DNA from: Candidatus Levyibacteriota bacterium
GTDB lineage: Bacteria > Patescibacteriota > Microgenomatia > Levybacterales > UBA12049
DNA: 64,000 nucleotides
NCBI GenBank assembly: GCA_038254115.1
Contig: JBBSGK010000004.1
Span: 4,227-68,226, forward strand
Direction: 5' to 3'
The notes below the pieces were generated by a model. That model had not been told where the DNA came from, made no database searches, and saw nothing but the letters and a program-made list of their open reading frames with translations. Both the position numbers and the translations under genes were made by a program. This document shows positions 55,285-63,878 of the stretch, piece by piece (the first letter of the stretch is position 1; the number at the start of each line of letters is the position of its first letter).

Positions 55285-57078
55285 ATGAAAACAGGATACG
55301 CCTTTGGTGAGCATATAAAAACAGAGAAGATCAAAAAAAGAAGATATTCGTCAGGTCCGTCGGATTTTAACTCGCGCGAATTTTTTCTTCCCCTTGCACT
55401 TTTTGGAGCAGCCGTTCTTCTGATATCCAAACTATTTTATCTGCAAGTGGTTAAGGGTTCTGATTTCCGGGCGCTTTCTGATTCCAACCGAATAAGGACT
55501 CAAATTATTCATGCTCCGCGGGGTGCTATATTTGACCGGAACGGTGTCCCGCTTGTAATAAATAATCCGGGATTCAGGCAGGTAAATAAAGACAAATCAA
55601 CAATCTTGACTCGGGATCAGGCGCTGCCTCTTATTGCAAAAGGGGATAAAAATCTCGAGGTAGACTCTCTCAGGAATTATGTCTTAAAAGACAGTCTGAG
55701 CCATGTTATCGGATACATCGGCCAGGTCTCCAAGCCCGAGCTCGATTCAGGGGAGTTTAATGATTACCGTGGTACTGATTGGATAGGTAAAAGCGGAATT
55801 GAGAGGCAATATGAACACATATTGAGGGGCACAGACGGTAAGCAACTGGTTGAAGTCAATGCAATGGGTAATAAAGTGCGTCCACTTGGCACGACCGATC
55901 CAATTTCAGGGCAGGATATCACACTGACGATTGATTCGAAGCTTCAGCAAGTTGTATTTGACGCGACAAAAGATGTAAAAAAGGGCGCTGTTATCGTCTC
56001 CAGCCCGACAGGTGAAATTCTGGCAATGGTTTCGCGTCCTTCTTATGACCCCAATCTTTTTACCCTGGATAAAACTTATAAAGTTGCAACGGATGCAGCG
56101 CATCAAAATGTAAGTGAGATACTTCTGGATTCACAAAATCAGCCGCTTTTGAACAGGGCAATTGCAGGTACATATCCTCCCGGCTCAACATACAAAATAG
56201 TGACAGCCGCCGCCGGACTTAATGAAAATATTATTGATGAGAATTACAAGATACGCGACAGCGGTGTAATAAAAGTCGGGGAGTTTTCTTTTGCGAATTG
56301 GTACTATACGGGTTATGGCAGGACAGAGCCGGGTGAGCTAAATGTAGTCCGTGCACTGGCTCGGTCCAATGACATTTTTTTCTACAAACTTGCTGAAAAA
56401 GTAAGTCCTGACAAGCTATCTGAAATGGCAGTAAAATTTGGTTTGGGAAATAAATCGGGCATTGACTTGGGAGGAGAAGCAAAAGGTTTGGTTCCTACTG
56501 AAAAATGGAAAAAAACTGTAATTGGGGAGGGATGGTACTTGGGAGACACTTATCATTATGGAATAGGACAGGGATTTTTATTGACAACACCTCTTCAAGT
56601 TAATGAATGGACAGAGGTAGTTGCAAATGGCGGGAGTCTGTACGAGCCACATTTGCTGAAAGCTCAAAGTGAAAAGCGCAAAAGCGCAAATATTTTGAAT
56701 GATAAGACGATTTCTTTGATCAGGCAGGGAATGATTGAAAGCTGCTCAACGGGAGGTGTTGCGTGGCCATTATTCAAGTTTAAAGTTCAAAATCCAAAGT
56801 TAAAAGTTGATGGCAAAAATATTTTGGAAGTAAAAGAAGCCAGTGAATCAGCAAAATCTGAAAGCTTGAGAGAGATTGCGGTGGCGTGCAAGACTGGAAC
56901 CGCCCAGCATGGAGGGGAGACGACCCTGCCTCATGCATGGATTACCCTCTTTGCTCCTGCATACAATCCCCAAGTTGTAGTAACTGTTTTGAATGAGGAG
57001 AGTGGGGAAGGCTCAAATGAGGCAGCCCCAATAGCTAAAAAGATATTGGAAGCCTATTTTACAGAAACACCTCAATAA
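55285..57078 (+). CDS. mrdA: Penicillin-binding protein 2
   Basis: APRGAIFDRNG, PPGSTYK (SxxK), SND and KTGTA motifs; in the mreBCD operon. Confidence 0.93.
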   Translation: MKTGYAFGEHIKTEKIKKRRYSSGPSDFNSREFFLPLALFGAAVLLISKLFYLQVVKGSDFRALSDSNRIRTQIIHAPRGAIFDRNGVPLVINNPGFRQVNKDKSTILTRDQALPLIAKGDKNLEVDSLRNYVLKDSLSHVIGYIGQVSKPELDSGEFNDYRGTDWIGKSGIERQYEHILRGTDGKQLVEVNAMGNKVRPLGTTDPISGQDITLTIDSKLQQVVFDATKDVKKGAVIVSSPTGEILAMVSRPSYDPNLFTLDKTYKVATDAAHQNVSEILLDSQNQPLLNRAIAGTYPPGSTYKIVTAAAGLNENIIDENYKIRDSGVIKVGEFSFANWYYTGYGRTEPGELNVVRALARSNDIFFYKLAEKVSPDKLSEMAVKFGLGNKSGIDLGGEAKGLVPTEKWKKTVIGEGWYLGDTYHYGIGQGFLLTTPLQVNEWTEVVANGGSLYEPHLLKAQSEKRKSANILNDKTISLIRQGMIESCSTGGVAWPLFKFKVQNPKLKVDGKNILEVKEASESAKSESLREIAVACKTGTAQHGGETTLPHAWITLFAPAYNPQVVVTVLNEESGEGSNEAAPIAKKILEAYFTETPQ

Positions 57079-57125
57079 AATCTTGCACTTGAATTTTCTT
57101 GCCCCCCCTGATAGAATATAGGACT

Positions 57126-57674
57126 ATGAGATTTGAAAAGCAAGATAGAAGACCACATGTAGCAAGGGATGGTCAACGCGGCAGAAGCGAGGAGGGCTCG
57201 GAGCTTCCGGCCGGCCCAAGAAAAAGTTTTTTTGATGCTGTTAACCAAAAGGGTTCTGATATGCGTGATTTAGCCTGCCGAGGGTTACTATATCAGTCAA
57301 CAACTGGCGAGATAACTGTGGGAAGTAATCCCCAAAATGGGCCAAAAGTTACAATAACGGTTGATATTAAGGCAAATCGTGATATGGTGGTTCATAGACG
57401 CATATATCATGATTCCAGCGGCAAGCATCTAAAAAGACATGATGAATTGGAACTTACATCTTCAGACAGGGATCCAGCAACAAGAACTTTCACAAGAATT
57501 AGAATTGAGAGTGAGGATCACATAAGCGGAAAAAAGTCTTTCACCATTGATAATGAGGGACCAGATCAAGTAGTAGACCAAAGCGGTGTAGATTTTGCAA
57601 CAAAAATTCTTAAAGATGCATCCGGTGATTTAAAGCGCTTAATGAGACCTGAGGCATCTGATGAGTTCGCGTAA
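57126..57674 (+). CDS. Orphan protein (cassette at the mrdA end)
   Basis: Start refined to MRFEKQDRR behind TTGAAT-17-TAGAAT. Confidence 0.7.
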   Translation: MRFEKQDRRPHVARDGQRGRSEEGSELPAGPRKSFFDAVNQKGSDMRDLACRGLLYQSTTGEITVGSNPQNGPKVTITVDIKANRDMVVHRRIYHDSSGKHLKRHDELELTSSDRDPATRTFTRIRIESEDHISGKKSFTIDNEGPDQVVDQSGVDFATKILKDASGDLKRLMRPEASDEFA

Positions 57675-57687
57675 CTCTCCCCAAAAA

Positions 57688-57729
57688 GCCAAAAAAATCT
57701 TGGAAGCGTATTTTACAGATCGAAAATAA
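57688..57729 (+). pseudogene. Diverged copy of the mrdA 3' end
   Basis: AKKILEAYFTDRK* versus gene end AKKILEAYFTETPQ* (57034-57078). Confidence 0.88.
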
Positions 57730-57779
57730 TTGATTCTTCAAATACTTGATTTTTATTAATCTTATGTTATTATTTTGCT

Positions 57780-58115
57780 ATGATTGATAGGGACCAGGTC
57801 CGAGCAAGGTATAGGAGATTAAAGCCTTTTGTAAGCAGTTTAGAGAGCGTACCAAAAGCAGAGCAATTGTGGAGAAACAAAGACCGAGGCGTAATATTCT
57901 CATTATTAAAATATGCAACTTTAGAAGACGCAGTATTAGGTGATTACACTGGGGCAGAACTAAATTTACGTGGGAGATTAAGAGCAAGAACAAAAGTTGT
58001 TGATGATTTTGTCAGAGCTTTTGGTAAGCCAACTAGAGAAAAATTGACTAAAGTGCTGGGAGTACCTAAAAAGGTAATATGGGAAGATCCAAGAATTAAT
58101 AGATCCTCACAATAA
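57780..58115 (+). CDS. Orphan protein, RNAP alpha-CTD/HhH-like C-terminus
   Basis: FVRAFGKPTREKLTKVLG resembles the alpha-CTD motif .RNFGKKS..EI...L. Confidence 0.6.
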   Translation: MIDRDQVRARYRRLKPFVSSLESVPKAEQLWRNKDRGVIFSLLKYATLEDAVLGDYTGAELNLRGRLRARTKVVDDFVRAFGKPTREKLTKVLGVPKKVIWEDPRINRSSQ

Positions 58116-58153
58116 GACTGGATTCTGCATAAAGATTATTGTATAATACCGCC

Positions 58154-58765
58154 ATGGTATTAGCAGAAGTAGAAACAGAAGGCAAAGAACAAGATGGGTA
58201 TTTCAGAGTCCGCAGGTTTGTCGCCCGGGTGTCGGATCTGCATGAGCTTCAGGAACAAAGACTTGAAGGTATGAAGATGGAGCGAGGGGTCGGATCGCTT
58301 GATGGCCAGATCGCTATAGTTGAGGAGGATTTGCGTGACAGAGCTGAGCAGACTGAGGTGCAGGATTGGGCAGCCAGAAAGAAGGAGCAGTACGATGCCG
58401 AGTTTACTGGACTTGTGCGCCAAAAAGGGCGACGGGGACAAAGCCTCTCAGCATTAGATGAAGAGATTGAAGCTCTAAGAGGAAGTAAAGAGGTCTTAGC
58501 TCTACGTTGGTACTTAGAAAGTAGGCAGGGAGGGTCGAGAAAGAGGGGCCAAAAATCTCCATCAGCAAATGCGCAGAAACGAGTTGCTGCACTTGGTAGG
58601 GCTATTAAAGATGGAAATTATAGAACACCACAGGGGCATTTTGCAGTAGGGCGAGCAGCAACAGATATTGGAATAGGGCCAAATACTGCCAAAAGAGATT
58701 TTATGAGACTGCCAGCAGATCAAAGAGGGGGACTGACCCTTAGAACAGCCGCTCCTAGAAAATAA
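58154..58765 (+). CDS. Orphan coiled-coil protein with C-terminal HTH-like motif
   Basis: TATAAT 6 nt before the ATG; FAVGRAATDIGIGPNTAKRDF. Confidence 0.65.
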   Translation: MVLAEVETEGKEQDGYFRVRRFVARVSDLHELQEQRLEGMKMERGVGSLDGQIAIVEEDLRDRAEQTEVQDWAARKKEQYDAEFTGLVRQKGRRGQSLSALDEEIEALRGSKEVLALRWYLESRQGGSRKRGQKSPSANAQKRVAALGRAIKDGNYRTPQGHFAVGRAATDIGIGPNTAKRDFMRLPADQRGGLTLRTAAPRK

Positions 58766-58789
58766 CCTCATTATGCTACTATAAATAGT

Positions 58790-59914
58790 ATGCAAGAAAG
58801 ATCATATTGGCTTGGGTTTTCTTCTTTTTCGGGGATTGGGCCCAAGAAGTGTGAAGCTTTATTAAATGAATTCGGCACTGCTGAGGATGCATGGAAAGCG
58901 GATTTTAAAAATCTGGAGAAAGTATTGGGGAAAGCGCTTACCCCAAAGTTTGCAGATTTCCGTGACAGTTTCTCGATAGCAGACTATGAAAAACAACTCC
59001 TAAGGAAAAAGGTGGGATATTTGATTCTTACGGATAAAGATTACCCGTTCTTGTTAAAACAAATCAAGAAACCTCCATTTGTACTTTATTATAAGGGTAA
59101 TATTGAGATCTTGAAACAAGACGTGCCTACCGGTAGGCAGGTTCAGGATGACTATAAATCTATTGCGATTGTCGGGACGCGGCGGATTACTGAGTATGGA
59201 AAACAAGTGACTACCAGTCTTACAATGGACTTGGTAAACAATGGTTTTGTAGTTGTTTCAGGGCTTGCTCTGGGAGTTGACGCTGCAGCCCACAAGGCAA
59301 CTATCTTGAATAAAGGCAAGACAATAGCGGTACTTGGGTGCGGAGTTGATTGCTGTTATCCCAGGGAGAACCAGCAGATTTATGATAACATTCTTGAGAG
59401 TGGGGGAGCGATTGTGTCTGAATATTCTCTTGGTGAGCCCCCCTCAAAAGGATCTTTTCCATCAAGAAATCGAATTATCTCAGGTTTGTCATGCGGCGTA
59501 ATTGTAACAGAAGGATCTGCAGATAGCGGGGCGTTGTATACGGCAGATGATGCATTTGCCAATGGACGGCCCGTATTCGCAGTTCCAGGGCCCATCACAT
59601 CGAGCCTCTCAAAAGGCCCTCATGGATTGATAGGAAAAGGGGCAAAGCTTATAAGCGGGGCTGGGGAAATCATAGAGGAATTAGGTTTCAGAGGAGACAG
59701 AAGAGACAAAGGGGAGAGAGGGGCGAAGAGTTTTAAGGGAGATACAAAAGATGAACAGAGAATTATCGATCTCCTGCAGAATGAAAGCCTGCATTTTGAT
59801 GAGATTGTAAAACGAAGCAAGATCAGGTCTTCAAAACTGGGCGGAATTCTTTCAATGATGGAGATGAAAGGAATTGTAAAAAGTCAGGAAGCTGGCTTTT
59901 TCTGTTTGATTTAG
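58790..59914 (+). CDS. dprA: DNA-processing protein DprA
   Basis: IAIVGTR, VSGLALGVDAAAH, FPSRNRIISG, GRPVFAVPG motifs; C-terminal wHTH. Confidence 0.96.
   Translation: MQERSYWLGFSSFSGIGPKKCEALLNEFGTAEDAWKADFKNLEKVLGKALTPKFADFRDSFSIADYEKQLLRKKVGYLILTDKDYPFLLKQIKKPPFVLYYKGNIEILKQDVPTGRQVQDDYKSIAIVGTRRITEYGKQVTTSLTMDLVNNGFVVVSGLALGVDAAAHKATILNKGKTIAVLGCGVDCCYPRENQQIYDNILESGGAIVSEYSLGEPPSKGSFPSRNRIISGLSCGVIVTEGSADSGALYTADDAFANGRPVFAVPGPITSSLSKGPHGLIGKGAKLISGAGEIIEELGFRGDRRDKGERGAKSFKGDTKDEQRIIDLLQNESLHFDEIVKRSKIRSSKLGGILSMMEMKGIVKSQEAGFFCLI
59105..59152. repeat. Nested palindromic repeats inserted in frame in dprA
   Basis: GAGATCTTGAAACAAG-[ACGTGCCTACCGGTAGGCAG]-GTTCAGGATGAC, encoding EILKQDVPTGRQVQDD. 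Confidence 0.75.
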
Positions 59915-60005
59915 TCAAGTTTTCTTGACAAGGTCCCGAATTTCTAATACGCTGATATTAGCTATCAAACATCCTGCCCGTAAACACAAAGTTAAGAAAA
60001 AAAGT

Positions 60006-61760
60006 ATGATACAAAAAATAAAATCCTTCATAAGTAGGATTAACCCCCGCAGTCCAATTGTAATTACCATTATATTCTCAGCTATTTTATTATTTTTAAT
60101 TGTTGTAGCAATTGCGAACCGCAGCGCTCAGGAGAATCAGCTAACAAGCAACTCATTATTGACCCCGACCCCAACTTCTAAATTCGTTCCCAAAAGTGAA
60201 TATATTAAGGGTCAAATAAATGTAAAATTCAAAGACGGTTTGACTGACGCTGTTATAAATGGGAGGTTACTCAAATATAATGCCCAGATCAAATCCACAA
60301 TTTCAGGAATCAACGTGAAGGTCATTGCTGTACCCGTAGGACAGGAAGCTGCAGTGCGTGTTGCCCTTGTAAAAGAGGGAATAGTCAAATACGCAGAGCT
60401 GGATCACATAGCTCACGGGACATTTGTGCCAAATGATGCCAACTTCCCAAATCAGTATGGGCTAAATAATAAAGGTCAAAGTATAAAAGGACATAAAGGA
60501 AAGGCCAATGCCGATATACACATAGAAGAAGCTTGGGATGTTACAAAAGGGAGCGGCATGAATATCGTAATTCTGGATACAGGAATTGATTTAAATCATC
60601 CTGAATTTTCCGACAAAGTCGTTTTGCAAAAAATATTTATAACAAATTCAATTGATGATGGATATGGACATGGAACACATACGGCCGGAATTTTGGCTGC
60701 TAATACTAATAATAATCAAGGAATTGCCGGAGCATGTCCTGACTGCAAGCTAATTGTTGGGAAAGTACTTGATGATACGGCCAGTGGACCATATTCTGTA
60801 ATTTCGCAGGGAATTACCTGGGCAGCCGACAATAATGCAAAAGTGATAAGCATGAGCCTTGGAGGATATGATGATGACAGCACCTTAAGAGATGCTGTGA
60901 ATTATGCGTGGGGTAAGGGATCTGTTTTGATAGCCGCTGCAGGAAACGATAGCACTGCCACTAAGTTTTATCCGGCAGCTGATTCGAACGTTATATCTGT
61001 TGCCGCAACTGATAATAATGACGTTAAAGCAAGTTTCTCAAATTATGGAGATTGGGTTATGATTGCCGCACCGGGGAAAGATATTTTTTCGACATTTCCA
61101 ACGCATGCTTATAATATTCAGAGATCAATTAGTACTGCTTTGAATTACGATTACCTCTCGGGAACATCCATGGCAACGCCTATGGTATCAGGAGTTGCCG
61201 CTCTTATCTGGACAACACCTTATGGAACATCAAACCAAGCAGTTGTGGATAGGCTTTTTAGTACTGTTGATCCGATAACCGGAACAGGCACCTATTGGCA
61301 GAAGGGCAGACTAAATGCAGTCGCAGCTGTTGGGGCTGCTGTTGCAATCCCAACGCCAACTTTAACTCCAAATCCAACTGTCAGCCCGACAGATTTTCCG
61401 AATCCATCTCCATCTGATACGCCAACCGTTACAGTAAATCCTCCTACTTCTACTCCAGAGCCCAGTCAGCCCGTACCTACCTTTGTCTGCGGAGGGTCTC
61501 CTTTCAGTATCTGTACTTCTCCTACTGTTACGCAAGGCCCTGTTATTACAAAAATTCCTAAGAATCCTAATTTGACAGGAGTCCCAACTCCCAACGGACC
61601 CTGCTTGAATCCTAGGGATCCTGGTTTTGTTCAAAAGATACATACCTGGGTCTCGGATGTACGTAAGACCATTCAGGATTTCGTTAACTCTATATTGGGC
61701 AATCCAACAGCTCCGCGTCCTGCTCCTCCCAAGATCGTCCCACCTTGCATTCAGCATTAG
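60006..61760 (+). CDS. Membrane-anchored subtilisin-like (S8) protease with Pro/Thr-rich tail
   Basis: ILDTG, HGTHTAG, AAAGN and GTSMATP motifs; start refined to MIQKIK. Confidence 0.93.
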   Translation: MIQKIKSFISRINPRSPIVITIIFSAILLFLIVVAIANRSAQENQLTSNSLLTPTPTSKFVPKSEYIKGQINVKFKDGLTDAVINGRLLKYNAQIKSTISGINVKVIAVPVGQEAAVRVALVKEGIVKYAELDHIAHGTFVPNDANFPNQYGLNNKGQSIKGHKGKANADIHIEEAWDVTKGSGMNIVILDTGIDLNHPEFSDKVVLQKIFITNSIDDGYGHGTHTAGILAANTNNNQGIAGACPDCKLIVGKVLDDTASGPYSVISQGITWAADNNAKVISMSLGGYDDDSTLRDAVNYAWGKGSVLIAAAGNDSTATKFYPAADSNVISVAATDNNDVKASFSNYGDWVMIAAPGKDIFSTFPTHAYNIQRSISTALNYDYLSGTSMATPMVSGVAALIWTTPYGTSNQAVVDRLFSTVDPITGTGTYWQKGRLNAVAAVGAAVAIPTPTLTPNPTVSPTDFPNPSPSDTPTVTVNPPTSTPEPSQPVPTFVCGGSPFSICTSPTVTQGPVITKIPKNPNLTGVPTPNGPCLNPRDPGFVQKIHTWVSDVRKTIQDFVNSILGNPTAPRPAPPKIVPPCIQH

Positions 61761-61803
61761 AAATGCATAGGCTTGACAACTACTGTATAATCTAGATTAC
61801 GTT

Positions 61804-63876
61804 ATGAAACATTTAGTCATCGTAGAATCACCGACAAAAGCCCGTACTATTACTAAATTTTTAGGAAGTGATTACGACATCAAATTCTCAATGGGGCATG
61901 TCATGGATTTGCCTAAGAGCCGATTGAGCATTGATGTCGAAAATAATTTTACACCTCTATATGAAGTGATAGGGGACAAAAAAAAATTAATAGCTGAGCT
62001 TAAGAGTCTCGCCAAAAACGCAGATACTATCATTCTGGCAACTGATCCTGACCGCGAAGGAGAGGCGATAGCCGCGCATATAAAGGATGTACTTAGCACA
62101 AATTTAAAACTTAAAACTCAGGATTTAAAAAAATTTCAGAGGATTGCTTTCCATGAAATAACGGAAAGCGCGATCAAAGAGGCTTTGCTTCACCCCCGAG
62201 ATATTGACACAAATTTGGTTAATGCGCAGACAGCAAGGCGCGTTCTTGACCGTTTGGTTGGATATGAGCTGTCACCGCTCCTTTGGAAAAAAGTAAGACG
62301 CGGTTTGTCAGCAGGACGTGTCCAGAGCGTTGCTTTGCGTTTGATTGTACAAAGAGAGCGTGAGATTGAGAGATTTGCAAAAAGTAATTACTGGACAATT
62401 CATGCACTATTTGCAAATAAAATCGGGGAAGCTGAATTTGAACTTCTTGAAATAAATAATCAAAGAATTGAATCAAAGGAAAAATTTACTCTTTATGATG
62501 GGGAATATAATGTAAGTAAAACAACTCTCGATTCAGAAAAAAAAGCGCAGGAAATTCTTAACGATCTGAAAGGCAAAGAATTTGTGGTCTCAGACGTTGC
62601 ACAAAAACAAGCCAAAAGAACACCAAGTCCTGTATTCACAACCTCTACTCTTCAGCAGGATGCTTCACGCAGATTTGGTTTCTCAGGAAAACGGACAATG
62701 AGTCTTGCCCAAAAACTTTATGAAGAGGGATTTATAACTTATCACAGGACTGACTCTATCGCTGTGTCCAAACAGGCGATAATAAAAATGCGGGAATTTA
62801 TAGAAAAGGAATATGGACGTAAATATCTTCCTGATTCACCGCGTATTTTTTCTGGAAAACAAAAGAACGCTCAAGAAGCGCATGAAGGAATCAGGCCGAC
62901 TCAAGCTGGTAGAAAGCAACAGGAAGTAACAGGCCAGATGGGTGTTGATTATGGTAAGCTTTATGACTTGATTTGGAGAAGAGCTCTGGCATCTCAGATG
63001 GCGGATGCCATAATTGAGTCGACTTCTGTTCTGGTTGATGCAAAAAACGGTTCATCCAATGTTTACCGCTTTAAAGCAGCAGGGTCTGTTCTCGTTTTTG
63101 ATGGATTTTTGAGACTAAATCCACAGGCTCTTAAGGATAACCAGTTACCAAAGTTTTCGGCTAATGAGATTCTTGTTGAGAAAAACATAAGGTCCGATGC
63201 TCATGAAACAGCGCCTCCTCCCAGATACAATGAGGCCTCAATCATCGCAACTCTTGAGGAAAAAGGAATCGGCAGGCCATCCACATATGCTGCTATTATC
63301 TCAACTCTAGTTGACCGCGCCTATGTTGAACGGGTTGAGCGGAAATTTGTCCCAACACCGATTGGAATGTCGGTAAATGATTTCTTGGTTGCCAATTTCG
63401 GAGATATTGATGATATTCCATTTACGGCCTCGATGGAGGAGACACTGGATGACGTAGCCAATGGTAAAAAAGATTGGGTTGCGATGATGAAGGATTTTTA
63501 TATTCCTTTTGAAAAAGACATAAAAGACGCTGAAGGATCTGAAAGAGTTGCTATTGCAACTGAGGCAACCGATGAAAAGTGCCCTGAGTGCTCATCAACA
63601 CTTGTCATAAGACATGGTAAATTTGGAAAGTTTCTCTCCTGCAGCACTTTTCCTGACTGTAAATTCACAAAAGCTTTTGTTGAGGAGACTGACTCGCTTT
63701 GCCCCAAAGACGCGGGCAAGATAGTTGTCCGCAAAACACGAAAAGGCCGCAAATTCTATGGCTGCGCCAATTATCCCAAATGCGACTTCGCAGCATGGAA
63801 GCTTGAGGATATAAATAAAAGCGCAGAAGAGAAAGAGCGAAAAAGTGCAAAAAAATCCACTGAGAAAAAGAAATAA
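61804..63876 (+). CDS. topA: DNA topoisomerase I
   Basis: VIVESPTKA, ATDPDREGEAI, SAGRVQS, ITYHRTDS and GIGRPSTY motifs; two C4 Zn ribbons. Confidence 0.98.
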   Translation: MKHLVIVESPTKARTITKFLGSDYDIKFSMGHVMDLPKSRLSIDVENNFTPLYEVIGDKKKLIAELKSLAKNADTIILATDPDREGEAIAAHIKDVLSTNLKLKTQDLKKFQRIAFHEITESAIKEALLHPRDIDTNLVNAQTARRVLDRLVGYELSPLLWKKVRRGLSAGRVQSVALRLIVQREREIERFAKSNYWTIHALFANKIGEAEFELLEINNQRIESKEKFTLYDGEYNVSKTTLDSEKKAQEILNDLKGKEFVVSDVAQKQAKRTPSPVFTTSTLQQDASRRFGFSGKRTMSLAQKLYEEGFITYHRTDSIAVSKQAIIKMREFIEKEYGRKYLPDSPRIFSGKQKNAQEAHEGIRPTQAGRKQQEVTGQMGVDYGKLYDLIWRRALASQMADAIIESTSVLVDAKNGSSNVYRFKAAGSVLVFDGFLRLNPQALKDNQLPKFSANEILVEKNIRSDAHETAPPPRYNEASIIATLEEKGIGRPSTYAAIISTLVDRAYVERVERKFVPTPIGMSVNDFLVANFGDIDDIPFTASMEETLDDVANGKKDWVAMMKDFYIPFEKDIKDAEGSERVAIATEATDEKCPECSSTLVIRHGKFGKFLSCSTFPDCKFTKAFVEETDSLCPKDAGKIVVRKTRKGRKFYGCANYPKCDFAAWKLEDINKSAEEKERKSAKKSTEKKK

Positions 63877-63878
63877 TT

